This document shows, one piece after another, positions 8,601-20,700 of a stretch of DNA of 33,504 bases. Positions within the stretch are counted from its first letter, which is position 1. Each line of letters begins with the position of its first letter. The DNA lies in the IMG/VR virus record IMGVR_UViG_3300017909_003989, positions 1 to 33,504 of that record; one strand, written 5' to 3'. Below the pieces are notes generated by a model. It was given only the letters and a program-made list of their open reading frames with translations, was not told the DNA's origin and searched no databases. Made by a program: the position numbers and the translations under genes. This DNA comes from a virus. Its lineage: Duplodnaviria > Caudoviricetes.

Positions 8601-11600
8601 AGAATCATATGGACCATCTCTATGATTTGATTGTGCAACTCTAAATGTTATTGATGGTGAAGTATTTGTTGTATCCTCATCTAGTCCTGTTGTTTGAATA
8701 GATCCCTCAACAGTTTCTCCAATTTCAAATACTCCATTTGACATAGATATTTCGATTAATTTGGGAACACAGTACTTTGTGACATCAACCCCATCAAAGA
8801 ATGCATATATTCTAGTCAAAGGTTTCATTCTTTTAGAAACGAACTGAATGTTTCTAGATCTCATATTGGCGACAAGTTCTCTACTTACAACTCTATCTCC
8901 AGTAGAGGTTCTTTCAAATTCTTCAGTGACAACAGTTCTAATGCCGTTTCTTGACTCTACTCCATTCTCCACTGTTATTCTAGCATCTTCTTCAATTGTT
9001 GAAGTTGTTGTGCTCTGAATATTCCACCTGCCCCTCCAAAAAGTGATTGGATCGGACACTTCAGTCCTAGTTATAGGGTTTATAGTCGTATTAGTAACAC
9101 CTGTCCAGTTGGTTGACCAAGAACCCCATACGATGGGAGCAAATCCCGTCTGTGGGTCTACATTTAGATTTCTTGAGGCATCAGCTAAGGTTTCTGCATA
9201 ATTTCCCTCTATTTCGACAATCTTTGCATCAAGTCTGACTGGATCAACCCAGTTATCTGAAGCGGGAGTCAATTCAATAGTTCCTTGCCAGAAACTGATC
9301 AAGAAAGGTGTTACACTCTCGCTTCTGGTTGCAAAAGATTGTTTTAACCACTCAACTTCTGAGTAACTCAATGTGATAATATCGTTTTGCTTCCTCACAT
9401 TATTTCCCTCAACGAAGGAGAAATCAAGATCATCTGATGGATCTATATTTACGACAGGTCCTGGAATTAAGTCTACAGATGTAGTATAGTGTTTTGGTCT
9501 CAGTTCTTTTAGTTCTTTATCGATACTGTTGTTGATATTGATTAAGTTATCTTGTGGTTTAAATGAACTGAAGTTATCCACAAAGAATCCAGACTTAAAT
9601 CTATTTAAACCTTCAGAATCTGGAACAAACATGTTCGCAGTATTTGTTTCGAGCAATGAAAGTGATGTATAGTACTCCAGATTTCTAATTCTATTTTCAA
9701 GTTTTTTAATATCAGACATCTGATATCTTTTATACTCTAAGAATTGAATTATCGATTGTTCTGGACTATACAGGTAAGGTGGATGAGAGATTGACGCTAT
9801 TTCTAAAGCGTCATCAATGTTCATAGGTTTTTCTGGCCTATCGGATGGAGTTCCATAAATGACTTGAAACTTTCCACTCTTAGTTAAGAAAATTCTATCA
9901 ATTCTTCCCAAATAATATGAGAAGTCCAAGAATAATGTCTCATCAGAAGCCAATATATTTGTTGAAGAATTGCCAGACTGATTAAAGGTTCTTCCAAGGA
10001 ATTCTAAGGGAGATCTGACTCCCTCTTCAACAGAGTAATTTGAAACTCTTGGTCTGATGTCGATAATATCTGAATTTGAAATCGCATCTATGGATTTAAT
10101 TTCTCTGGAATAATTGTATGTATTATAAGAATTTACTGTTGTAATATCTCCCTGGTCAGTCTGATCATGATAACCACTTGAGAAATAAACCTTCAATTTC
10201 TTCGAGGGTTCTTCAGAATCAACTTTTCTCTTAATGAACCCATAATCATAAAAAGACTTTTGTTGACCAGAACTGAATGTATAATTGGATGAAACTTCAA
10301 AACTGGGAGATTCTAATCCTATTATGGTTCCATTTGTATTTGAATCCTGGAAACTTACGCTTTCACCTTCTCTAAATTTAATTTGATTTTTATATACAAA
10401 TGAAATTTTAGAGTCTGATTGTTTCTCTACCAAAATTGCAGCAGCACCACTGGACTGCCCGATTATCATTTCTCCCAACAACAAATCAATTGTTGTGGTT
10501 GTAGGTGTATTCAACCCACTTAAATCCATTTGTGGTGAAGATGGATTATTCATACTCGACGACTCAAATATTCCATGAATTTCAATAATATCTGGAACAT
10601 TCAAAGATAAAATCTCATCTTGAACTCTTGTTCCAAATGGATAGTTTCCATAAATCAATCCATCATTCAAAGTAGTTGCTCCGATACCAGAGCCAGAATA
10701 CTTTGATTTATCGATAATAATTGAGTTGGCTTTATTTTTTATTTTTACTTTTGATTTTGGTTTTGATTTTTTCAGAGTTGCAATTAAAGTTGCTCCAGTG
10801 TCGTCCGATCCAAGTCCACTAATCTGACAAGTTTTTCCATTCGAACCAAATTGAAATTTATCTGATGTTAAACTTTCAGTTGTTCCATCAGATCGTATTA
10901 AAGAATATCTTCTAGGAATGAAAGGCAAGAAAAGTTCATTCTCGTCCGATGTGGGAAGAGTGCTATTTGCTAACTGATTATTTGCAATGTCAACTTCAAA
11001 TGTTTTTCTTATGGTCAAATAAGCATCTGACAAATCTACATTAGAAACATTCTTCTTTGGAAGTTTTGTAAAAAGCGTATTATCGTCAGACTCACTTAAT
11101 TTTGTTGTTAATACTCTGAGATCGGTGATATTTAAATCAGATGATGGTAGAGTTCCATTTGCAACACCAGAAACTGTTGTAACTCCTTTGACAGAAACTG
11201 TGCTTGCTCCAATGCCAATAACACTTGCCGTTATTGGATCTTCTGTAATAGAAAGGTCGCTATATTGAATTAAATCTCCAATCTTAATAATTCCTGGGAA
11301 TATTATATTTGAACTTGTAATAGTACTCACTCCGGCGGAAACTTCTGATACTGTGGCAATTCCAATATTGGCAGATAATGATTGAACTATATCTGCACTA
11401 AAAGTATTGATTCCAACAATACCATCTGTTGTTCCATATAAAGATTTTGCTTTAGATATTCCAGTTTCTGTTATTGCAACAGCAACTCTGCCATTTTGTA
11501 TGCCATTAAATGACAAAGTTTCATTTGCAACAAAATTGCCAGACTTTTCATATACAGTAAGAGCAACGCCTGCTGATACCGGATAACGCAGGAAAGCAGT

Positions 11601-13130
11601 AGCTCCACTATTTTCTCCTTTGATAAAGGTTGGTGTTGATAGCGTTATTGGTTCGTTTAAAGTAATATTTGCAAATGTTTGAATATCAAATAGAGAAATT
11701 CCCCAAACGTTAGTGTTGGGATTAGTTTCTCCATATGATCCAGAATCTAGTTTGAAATCATAGATTCTTGCAAGACCGATCTCATTTCCTGGAGGCCCAT
11801 CGCCATCAATATCTGTAGTAGATCTTCTATCTCTTAGACTTACAAAATATGTGTTTCCAAGACCAACAGTAGGAGTTCTGAATACCCGGTTAAGTTTTAT
11901 GGTCGATCCTGTATTATATAAGAGTGACTGATCTTCAATCGTTCTTGTAGTTCTGGGTTTTGGTACATCAAGGAATACTGGAGATTGAACTTCAAGTTCA
12001 TATCCACGAATAAATGCTTTTCCTGGAGAAATTCTATAAACACCCAAATCGTTCGATGGAGTTCCTCCACTTGGAGTAAATTGTCCCGCGTTATATAATC
12101 CCCTATTGCCCAAATTATCATTCAGAGAGTTCTTGAGGGTTACGTTAAATGGTGATACGTAGTAATCTCCAGACTCATCATAAGTTCTCCTAGCTAGAGT
12201 ATCTGATAAATCTTTATATCCAAATCCACTAGCTCCTGGTGAAGTTGATCCGCCAACAACCGTTTTTGTTCTTAATACACCATCTATTACAGTTGCCAAC
12301 TCTACAAAACTTGTATCATCAAAATCATCTAAATCTTTTTTAATTAAACTTAAAGAAATTTTTAATCTATCTGCTCCTGGAGATGAATAGTTATTATATC
12401 CCTGAGAGTTGTCATTTAATGACTCATCAATGTCTGAAGTTATTATCTCTTCGTTAACAAACAAACCAATTCTATAATTGGGTGCATTTGTGTATTGATC
12501 GAGAACTAGAGTCTCCCTATTTACAGAAACGAAGTTTCCTCTAACAAAATAGACACCATTTTCGATGTGAAACGCAGAACCTACAGCAGAAGCATTACTT
12601 GCTAGAGTTGTTGCAAATGGGGTTCCTCTCTGAATAGTTGCATTTCCCAGCAATCCTGAAGAAATGATTTGATCTGAGGAAAGTTCTTCACCATCATTAA
12701 ATGACTGTGTTAGATTGTTCTGTGTACTAGAACTCAAATAATTTACGTAAAGTGTAAGATTTCCTCTCTCAGAATCTTCTGGAAAAAGTACAAAATCTAC
12801 ATATGCAGTTACTCCAGACCTTTGTCCAGTAATTTTAGTTCCCACTAATTGCTCCGCATACGCAGATACTGGAACACCTTGATAATTATTATCTAGTTGA
12901 ACACAATAATACAATCTGGAATATCCAGTATTTCCTGGTATAACCTTTGACCCTTCTTTAAAAAAGTGTTGACCAAATTTTTCAATCTGATCTTGCAATA
13001 TTGATTGAAGAGTTGTTAATTCCCTTGCCTGAATTGGATATCCAGGTTTAAATAAAACTCTATAATAATCATTAGCAGAATCAAAGTCGTCAAAATATGG
13101 TGCTACGTTTAGATTGGTTTGCTGTGGCAT
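5610..13130 (-). CDS. Large virion structural protein, VrlC-like (DUF4815-type)
   Basis: 2506 aa; N-terminal NLNVAPYFDDFD..YYRVLFKPGYPIQARELTTLQS, PGADRLKI, LARRTYDESGDY, GFFVDNF, DPLSQSF, C-terminal PRIKDLRVIALA; follows gp8 as in T4-like cyanophages. Confidence 0.85.
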   Translation of the reverse strand: MPQQTNLNVAPYFDDFDSANDYYRVLFKPGYPIQARELTTLQSILQDQIEKFGQHFFKEGSKVIPGNTGYSRLYYCVQLDNNYQGVPVSAYAEQLVGTKITGQRSGVTAYVDFVLFPEDSERGNLTLYVNYLSSSTQNNLTQSFNDGEELSSDQIISSGLLGNATIQRGTPFATTLASNASAVGSAFHIENGVYFVRGNFVSVNRETLVLDQYTNAPNYRIGLFVNEEIITSDIDESLNDNSQGYNNYSSPGADRLKISLSLIKKDLDDFDDTSFVELATVIDGVLRTKTVVGGSTSPGASGFGYKDLSDTLARRTYDESGDYYVSPFNVTLKNSLNDNLGNRGLYNAGQFTPSGGTPSNDLGVYRISPGKAFIRGYELEVQSPVFLDVPKPRTTRTIEDQSLLYNTGSTIKLNRVFRTPTVGLGNTYFVSLRDRRSTTDIDGDGPPGNEIGLARIYDFKLDSGSYGETNPNTNVWGISLFDIQTFANITLNEPITLSTPTFIKGENSGATAFLRYPVSAGVALTVYEKSGNFVANETLSFNGIQNGRVAVAITETGISKAKSLYGTTDGIVGINTFSADIVQSLSANIGIATVSEVSAGVSTITSSNIIFPGIIKIGDLIQYSDLSITEDPITASVIGIGASTVSVKGVTTVSGVANGTLPSSDLNITDLRVLTTKLSESDDNTLFTKLPKKNVSNVDLSDAYLTIRKTFEVDIANNQLANSTLPTSDENELFLPFIPRRYSLIRSDGTTESLTSDKFQFGSNGKTCQISGLGSDDTGATLIATLKKSKPKSKVKIKNKANSIIIDKSKYSGSGIGATTLNDGLIYGNYPFGTRVQDEILSLNVPDIIEIHGIFESSSMNNPSSPQMDLSGLNTPTTTTIDLLLGEMIIGQSSGAAAILVEKQSDSKISFVYKNQIKFREGESVSFQDSNTNGTIIGLESPSFEVSSNYTFSSGQQKSFYDYGFIKRKVDSEEPSKKLKVYFSSGYHDQTDQGDITTVNSYNTYNYSREIKSIDAISNSDIIDIRPRVSNYSVEEGVRSPLEFLGRTFNQSGNSSTNILASDETLFLDFSYYLGRIDRIFLTKSGKFQVIYGTPSDRPEKPMNIDDALEIASISHPPYLYSPEQSIIQFLEYKRYQMSDIKKLENRIRNLEYYTSLSLLETNTANMFVPDSEGLNRFKSGFFVDNFSSFKPQDNLININNSIDKELKELRPKHYTTSVDLIPGPVVNIDPSDDLDFSFVEGNNVRKQNDIITLSYSEVEWLKQSFATRSESVTPFLISFWQGTIELTPASDNWVDPVRLDAKIVEIEGNYAETLADASRNLNVDPQTGFAPIVWGSWSTNWTGVTNTTINPITRTEVSDPITFWRGRWNIQSTTTSTIEEDARITVENGVESRNGIRTVVTEEFERTSTGDRVVSRELVANMRSRNIQFVSKRMKPLTRIYAFFDGVDVTKYCVPKLIEISMSNGVFEIGETVEGSIQTTGLDEDTTNTSPSITFRVAQSNHRDGPYDSPITIFPENPYTNRILPATYSSTSNILNVDTFSLSNEVQGDYRGWIESGMVLTGRSSGAQATITNVRLVSDLSSTLIGSFYIPNPNNINHPKFETGTQVFTLVNDEDNDQNLATTIAEEPYSASGVLETVQENIISIRNARIEQRQEFDERPVDRVVGTEVISGTSRVIDTARPVERVIGWTDPLSQSFMVEDDTGIFLSKCDIFFRSRDDMDIPVILQIRTMKNGYPSQNIVPLSEVVLDPNDVETSSDGSIATTFQFKSPIYLEGGNSEYCMCILSNSTKYSVYISRIGENDILSDTFISNQPYLGSLFKSQNASTWEASQWEDLKFTLYRADFLDSGSVEFYSPELKEGNDQIPTLMPDSLVFKSRKIRVGLGTTVADSYENGNTFSQSGTNATGDLVGVAGTAINNLSIINPGIGYTPSASQFTFSGVNLTTISGSGRGALADITINNGVAIAATISGAGGSGYQIGDVVGVSTIGSNSIGRNARFSIVAIGDTSELILDNVQGEFIIGSSNPVFYTNSSGVLTELNNQNGGDVQISSINVDSDGLHVKVNHKNHGMYFEDNLVRISGAQSDVKPTKLSSAYNVDSVGSISVDDSTSFTTFENVGIGTTNTGFIKIGDEIIEYTDVTGNTLGGNISRGSNPKSYPVGTPVYKYELNGINLSRINRTHDLSNVTLDNPIAFDSYHIRLDTAEIFNPSNDDRSDDIGYAKLYANQTKSVGGYNTRASQNIPFEIITPMVQNVTVHGTNLTGQVRTTTSKSLSGNEIPFVDAGFEPVTLNESNYLESPRLIGSKVNENLHLNNSPGNKSMNLRLFLNTTDSRISPVIDAQRVSAILTSNRVNDVISDYATDSRVNGIDTDPTACQYISKEIILKNPASSLKILVNAHINENNDIRAFYAISDTQGFNPIFEPFPGFNNIDSRGQIISAEDNNGESDVFIPKTNSKGFDGETLDYKEYTFTADQLPSFRSYKIKLVMTSTDQVYVPRIKDLRVIALA

Positions 13131-13136
13131 AATTCT

Positions 13137-14690
13137 TTAGAACTGCAAAATGATCTTAATGTCTTCTTTTTGATTTGAAGATCTAGTTATAGAAGGTCTA
13201 TTATCGACATATATGATATTTCCAGCGTGTTTCTTTACTTCTGGACTAGACAAACCGCTCGAAAATTCTTGACCAAGATAATATGTTCTATTATTTATTA
13301 CAGTAGATATACCCGAGAAAGAAGTATCAATCTCAAGGTTGGAGCCAGATGACGGCACAATTGTGATATCTCCTCCACTTCCCGGAGTCGATGTAAATTC
13401 GTTCAATTCAAATCCATATGTCGGATTTGTAACACCAATTCCTGCTGTTGTAAATCCTGCTAAGGATCTATCCTGCCAGTATTTTAAAACTCCTGTTACC
13501 TGGTCGTAGTTTATAACTCTACCTACCGCTGTTGTTCCTGTAGAAATTGTCTGTGTAAAGAATGAATCTGGGCTAAAGGTTGCAGAACTATATCCTGCTC
13601 CAACTAATCTCATTGCATAAGTGGCACTTGCTTTGTCTAGAGATAAAAGAGTTGAATCTGTTGATTGTGGGTTCTCTACAAGTCCAACTCTTGCAATCTG
13701 ATTTCCTGTTATAAAATCTGGATTTGTAATATCATTTTCAATTCTGGAATAAAGAAGAACGTTATATGATCCAAGTTCGTTGTATATATTTGCTCCATGA
13801 CCACCTTTTGGTGAAATAATCACATCAAAGGTTGGTCTAATTGCACCATCAGGAACTCCACCAGCAGTTAAGTCTACACTACCATAAGTATATCCAGATC
13901 CTTGGTTTGATACTGTTATGGACTCGACTTTCCTATCATTATTTGTAATGATAGTGCATTCTCCACCGATACCATCTCCTTTAATTGGAATTCCGGTATA
14001 TTGAGTTCCTCCAATAGGGCCAATTGCATCACCCCTATTCGTAATAGTAACAATCTTTATTGACCCATCGACAGCATTATTTCTTACTGCCGAATTATCT
14101 GGGTTTGTCTCCCAATCATGAGGAACTGGAATAAAATCAGTTGATTCAAATTTGATAATATCGCTTGGTTTGATTGTATAGAGATACTTCCAGATATAAC
14201 CATCACCACTGCTACCTGCAGATCTTGGTTCTAAATCCGTAAACGTTGGTTCATCTAAAGATGGCCTTCCAGTTGGGTTATCTGGATCGGTTCCATTCTG
14301 CAAACAGATATAGACTCTGTAATCACTATTTAGAATATAATATGAAGAGGAATATAAACTGGTTGAACCTGAAATCTTAGCAGTGTTTGTTCTGCTATAG
14401 TCATGACGATACATATCATAAGTTGTTCCAGAAGACCATAATCTCCTATCAACAACTCTTCTTACATCAGAAGAGTTGATTTTTTTCAAGGCAATCATTG
14501 TATCCCAATAATTATTTTCTTCATCGAAATTATCTTTCGGTGAAGGTGGGTCAAAGTCCCAATTCGATTGATAGTCGGATGGGTTTGGAAGACCTACAAA
14601 AGAATAATATGAATTATCTGATGATCTAACTTGATCAACGAAGTTCTTTGCATTTAATATTCTGATCTGATCAGTTATAATCGCAGCCAT
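13137..14690 (-). CDS. gp8: Baseplate wedge subunit
   Basis: W..GTTYDMYRHDY, YRVYICLQNG, GDGYIWKYLYTI, GNIIYVDNR..I.R..NQKEDIKIILQF motifs. Confidence 0.92.
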   Translation of the reverse strand: MAAIITDQIRILNAKNFVDQVRSSDNSYYSFVGLPNPSDYQSNWDFDPPSPKDNFDEENNYWDTMIALKKINSSDVRRVVDRRLWSSGTTYDMYRHDYSRTNTAKISGSTSLYSSSYYILNSDYRVYICLQNGTDPDNPTGRPSLDEPTFTDLEPRSAGSSGDGYIWKYLYTIKPSDIIKFESTDFIPVPHDWETNPDNSAVRNNAVDGSIKIVTITNRGDAIGPIGGTQYTGIPIKGDGIGGECTIITNNDRKVESITVSNQGSGYTYGSVDLTAGGVPDGAIRPTFDVIISPKGGHGANIYNELGSYNVLLYSRIENDITNPDFITGNQIARVGLVENPQSTDSTLLSLDKASATYAMRLVGAGYSSATFSPDSFFTQTISTGTTAVGRVINYDQVTGVLKYWQDRSLAGFTTAGIGVTNPTYGFELNEFTSTPGSGGDITIVPSSGSNLEIDTSFSGISTVINNRTYYLGQEFSSGLSSPEVKKHAGNIIYVDNRPSITRSSNQKEDIKIILQF

Positions 14691-14707
14691 TGTGAGCAGT
14701 TTTTATC

Positions 14708-14715
14708 TATTTATC
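14708..14715 (-). promoter_or_regulatory. T4-type late promoter
   Basis: GATAAATA in the 30-nt gp7-gp8 gap, 17 nt upstream of the gp8 ATG. Confidence 0.7.
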
Positions 14716-14720
14716 ATGGT

Positions 14721-17700
14721 TTAGATAATATAATTTTTGTATTTCAATTGCTTAGTTCTTTGAATATTGGTATATTGAGTATATGTGGAAAGTCCACTCC
14801 TCTCCGAAAGAACAATCTTACCCCAACTAAAGTTTCCAAAGTTGTTTGATGTGCTTATTCCAATCAAATTGTAATCAAAATCACTGACCCCCACAAAGAC
14901 TCTCTTACACAAAGATGTTCCTATACCAACACCATTTGCATCAACTCCAGTGGGCCTTACAACCAACTCTTCGGACTGAACAACGTATATGTTGTCTGCG
15001 AACGATGTTCCAATTGATATGACATTTCCACTAGTATCAAAGGAACTGATGTTAGAACTTTCTGCACCAACATTAGTGTTATTAACAATGAAATAATCTC
15101 CAATATTTATAGAACTCAAAGTAATAGCAATTCCGACAAATTTTGGATCTCTCAATTGTGAATCAAATGGAATATGAAGATCAAATATCAATTGAGTGGT
15201 ACCAACCCCAACAGAGGTTTTACCAAATCCAACAATAATTCCAGAATCTCCTTCATACGAACTTACACTATTGGTTTCAATTTTAACCGGTTCAATGTCT
15301 ACACCAGATATTAGAGTTACTCTATTTTGGAACTCCAATGTGGTGTCATTTTCATTTTTTGCATCAAAGAGTGGTCTTAATCTATCAGCATAAACAATCG
15401 TAGATCCCGTTCCAATATTGTTGATGGTATATGCAATAGGGTTGATAATGGGTTCATATATTTCCCTGTCTTTTCCAATCTGCTGCTCGTTTATAATCTT
15501 ATCCTCAGTTTGTCTGCACCAAACAACAGGTCTCAGTAAGTTTTCGTCCGTGGTGTTTCCCGGACCAAAATATGTATTAGTCTTGACCAAGTTTGTAGAG
15601 TCAACGCTTTCAACAGTTCTAAACTCTTCATTTAAGAATTTGGATTGACCAACTGAAGAATCGTTTTGAATAGTTAATTCATCTCCTGGTTTTACAGTTT
15701 CCAGAATCTCTCTGTCAATAACATCTGTACCGCCAGTTCCCTTATAGAAAATTATTTTCACACTATCTCCAACCTTAAGTGCTTCAGTAAATGTGAGGAC
15801 ACTTCCCCCATCGAAAATGTATCCTTCACCAGGAACTTGTAGAATTTCATTGACAAATACGAGTAGAACATCTTGCACATTGATTTTAGATCCCTTCGAT
15901 GCAATAATTGAAACAGTATTTCCTGCCAATGATAATGGGAAGGAAGTTCTCTCTCCATCAATGAATTTTTCAATATTATCGAGAACTTCTAAGGTTCCTA
16001 AAGACCATCCGCTGAATTTATCTGTAAATATTTTATCGATAGTTATATTGAATTCTTTAAATGCTGATGTAGTTGGAATTCCTGTAGATCCTCCAAAAGG
16101 AACGGTCAGTATTTCTCCAACATTGTATCCATAACCAGTATTCTTGATTTCAAAATCAATTACACTAGATCCATATCCAACAACAATATCTACAGTCGCA
16201 TGAGTCCCTATTCCAAGTGATGACGAAGAACTGCTGAATATTAGAGGAATATTTTCGTATGAAAGTGGAGAGTCGAAGGATACTATTGGTGGATTTGTTG
16301 ATGTATATGCAATACCTGGATTTGTGATTGCAACACCGACTATATGTCCGCCAACAATATTAGCCGTTCCTATAATCTCAGAGAAATCTGAATTTGAAGT
16401 TCTTACACCAACATTTACTGTCTGAATCCCTGGTCGATAACCAGATCCACTATTTCCAATACTAATCGACTCAATTGTACCTCCGATTGAAACTATGGCA
16501 GTTCCTCCAGCGGATACAAGAGGTTGATAACCAAAACCTTCTGTAGATCCAACCGATACTATGATTCCGCCTTTAGGAAAACTTGATATGCCAACATCAT
16601 TTGCTATTTCTTGTGGATTGCCAGTAAATGTGAGGGTAGTAATTCCTACATCTTCCGATAGAATATAATCACTGCTTTGACCAGGTCCCTGAAATACATC
16701 ATTTACCAAAATGATTGCATTTTCATTAGAAATGCCGCTTACATCCAATCCATCAGACTTCAGAACGAATTTATTATTTGTCCCATCAAAATCTTGTGAG
16801 ATGTCATCAAAAACATAATTTTTATGATAGGTTTCGTTAGTCGTATTGGGAATACCTGAGCGTAAGAATACCCTTGCATTAAAACTAGAACCTGTAGAAA
16901 TACCAGTCCAATCTCTTTCGTCTGGTGGATTTGTGCTAGTTCCCAGAGGAACATTTCCAGAAGGTGCTTCAATAAAGGTTAGGGTATTATCAACTATATT
17001 AAAGTTTCCTTTAACTTTAGTCACCAACTCTCCTGAGGGATAGAATCCTACAGAGGTTCCCAACCAAGATCTGCGAACTCTCATTCTGTTTGTAATACCA
17101 ATTCCAACGCTTTCTATAAGCATAATTTCATTACCAACTTTTATCAGATCACCGCCAAAGAATGATGTTATTCCTGACAGATTAATTAAGTCATCTGTAG
17201 TAGAAACAGAATCTGATAAAGTCGTCGTCAATGCAACAGAAACGACTGGAGACTGTATGATATTATCAATAGAAACAAGAACTTTGGAGTTCTGATTAGT
17301 TGCAACAAATCTATGAGAGGTTCCAATTCCAACACTTATAATATCTAAAGTTTCTGGTATCGTCTTCAACGCATTTTCCGCACTACTTGCCAGTTTAATT
17401 GCATTTCCACTAACATTTACTGCAAATAAATCTGCTGGCAATTTAGTCGTTTGACCAATTCCAGAAAAGTTGGAAGTTGATATTCCAATCGCTTGAGTTG
17501 ATCCAGCTCCAGCATGATAATATTTGATAGCTTCACCCGAGACAAAGAAGTGGTTTGGTATAATGATAGTGTCTGCATCAATACTGACAATAGAAGAATC
17601 GCTTCCATCAAATAGTTTCTCAAAAATGGGATCATTTTTATATGTTAAGTTGAATGATCTCTTGATGTCCTTTTCATTTCCCTCATACAATCCATATCCA

Positions 17701-20700
17701 GTTTCTAAAGATCCATTGTTGAAATCAATTTCATCTTTTTGATCATCCTCATTTCTGAGAGCGTTCATGTATACATTTACATCAACATTAACGCCTGGAA
17801 TTGGAGTGAATAGGACCTGAGTCGTGGCAGCTGCTCCTACAGGAGATTTGATAATTCTAGAACCAATTGTACCCAATCCAGAGAGTGTTTCCACGTTACC
17901 AAACTCCAAATCATAAGTCTCATAAGTTGGAACTTCTGGTTGATAATCGTCTACAACTATGAATTCTGATAATTGATACTCATCATTATCGGAATCGCGA
18001 ACTTGAACCATAAAATAACCTACATCATAAGTTCCATCACAAGGATACTCTGATATCACTGTTTCCATTGGCGTTGTTGTAGAGGCAATGGAGGTCGTTC
18101 TAGACTCAATTCTTGCATGTTTCATATCAATAGATTCTGGACCACTAAATGTAGACTTTGCGAGTCCTACAGTGATTGTATTGATTACTCCAGTAGATCC
18201 AATTCCGACAGATGAATTTGGGATAAAATCCACATTCAGATTCGATCCAGAAATGTAAGCAAAATATGTTCCAAACCCAGTTACAGCACTTGGTCCAGAA
18301 CTTGTTGTCAGTTGTCCATATTCTGTGGCAGAAACATCAGTCCCATTATGGATAATATTCAACTGCGTAAATTCAAATTCATTTCCACCAAAAGAATCTG
18401 CAGTTATCTGAACAAGAACTTTTGCTGAACTGTATGAACTAGAAATTCCTACAATTGTAGATGAATATCCATAAGAAATTGCAGTGCTCTCTGTATGTAT
18501 CAAACTATTTCCGATTACGGTACTACCAGCAGATAGTAGATTGTCATCCAAATTATACGAAACACTTGTGATGTCATAATCATTTATTGAGAATTTTGTT
18601 GGGAAGAATTGTACTTGACCATCAGATCCTGAAATTGTAAAGTCAAACGATCCTTGATCGTATGCTGTTTCTACTCTTCCGTATTGGTTAATATATCCAA
18701 AAGATCCGTCATGAATTAGATCAAGAATCATCAACTGCCTTTGTTGATTATATCTCCTATCTTTTACATATGTGATATATTTTATTGCTCTCTTTTCAAA
18801 AATATCAAATACGTCTATTACACTGAAAGTAGTTGGTCTTGGGCTACTATTAAAAGTTTGACTTACATCATCAACAGAAAGAACTCTATTTCCAACAGAT
18901 TCTGAAAAATCTGTCAAAATTCTATTTGAGAAAATGACTTCAGTAGAAACAGTATTGCTGTTTACTTGAAGAGAGTTTTCTTTTACAAGATCAAAATCAT
19001 ATACGCAATTTAAGTCAGCAGTTCCTGTCAAGTTATTAATAACTTCAAAAGATGTTAAATCTGTGGATAATCCAACAACCAATGATGTTCTATTGTCTGG
19101 TGAAGATTCTAATTGATAATCTGAGAACTTTTTGAATCCAACACTATGGTTTAAAATTGAAACAGGGTCGTTCCACTTTTCATATGGAACTCTCGATCTT
19201 AAAGAGTATGAGAACTTTTGATAATAATCACTATCCTGAATTCTTTGAGTATTTTCATTCAAAAATCCCGATGTTGTCTGCAAACCATCAATTACATTGG
19301 ATGAACTGCTTAGATTGAAATAAGAATCTGGAGATTTAACACTGATTGCTACTCCTTGCGTTTTTGATGTTACACCTTCAATCACTTCATCTACGATAAA
19401 ATTATCTTTTGAAGAAATTCTCAAAATACCAGTTTTGGGGTTCCATCCCTCTACAGTACCAAAAGATGAATTGGACTTTACAGATTCTCCTGACAAATAT
19501 TCATTATTCTTTAAAGTTGTCTCAAAAATTGGGAAATATTTTTTGGGTATAATTCTTCCCACAGAGTTAATTGGATCAAAAGTTCCTGGAGTGTCTGAAG
19601 AATTTTCAAAAAATTCTGAAAGATTATAAGTTACTGATCCGATTCCACCAATGTTCTCATCAATTGACGTGATAGTAAACAATTTATAGTCATATGCATC
19701 AGAGTTGTAACCCCTACCAGTATCTCCCACTCCAATACTAATATTCTCAATGAGAACCTCATCATTTTCTTTAAATGGAAAGGACTCAATATCACTAAAT
19801 CCAGAAGAAAGAGTGACTGTTACATCTTTTGATGTGTTATTAAAGGAAATAGAACTGATTCCAACACCGTTACTATTTCTGATTGGAATAATTTCTGGAA
19901 TCAAATTACTTATACCATTTGTGTTCTTTAAAATCTTTACATGCGAATCTCCAAGAGAATATTGAAGATCTAGATCTTGAACTACGTTTTTTGTTCTCCC
20001 ATCGACCACAATCAAATCTGGTGAGGTAGTATATCCTCTTCCTACAGAAGTAATTCCTATAGAATCTATAGAGTAGAGTGGATCAATCTTAACAATCTGT
20101 GGCATCATGATACTTGGTCTCAGAGTATTATCTGAGGGGAAGTTATAACCAATATCGTTTATTTTAGTTTTTTTGATTTTTCCAATCGTACTACTAGAAG
20201 CTTCAATAACAGCATTAATCCCATATGTGGAGTTTATTGTAGAGATTCCTGGAAGCGAAAAATAATTCCCACCAGAATTTTTGATATCTACCTTGGATAT
20301 TGGCCCATATGCATGAGTACAGTTTGTTTTATATGAAATTTTAGATATTGAAGATGCATATGATACTGCCTCTGGAGATTCTTCTAGGTTGTATGTAAAC
20401 GCTGTTGGAGATACAGTGGAGATTGTATATCTACCATTATACTTGCTCTCTTTTACTTCAATCTCTGATCCAGATATAACATCCAAATCAACAATAGAAC
20501 TACCCTTCTCCTGGGGAAGATCGCTTTCAAATACTGGATCCAATCTATAATAAAGTGTTTTGGGTATTGTATTGTCAATGGAAATAGAAACTCTTGCATC
20601 TGTGGATACTCCAATCGAACCAAATTTTTGAACATTAAATTTGGAATTTTCATCAGACTTATTCCATATGTCTGTAAAATTCTTATCAGAGTAGAAGTTA

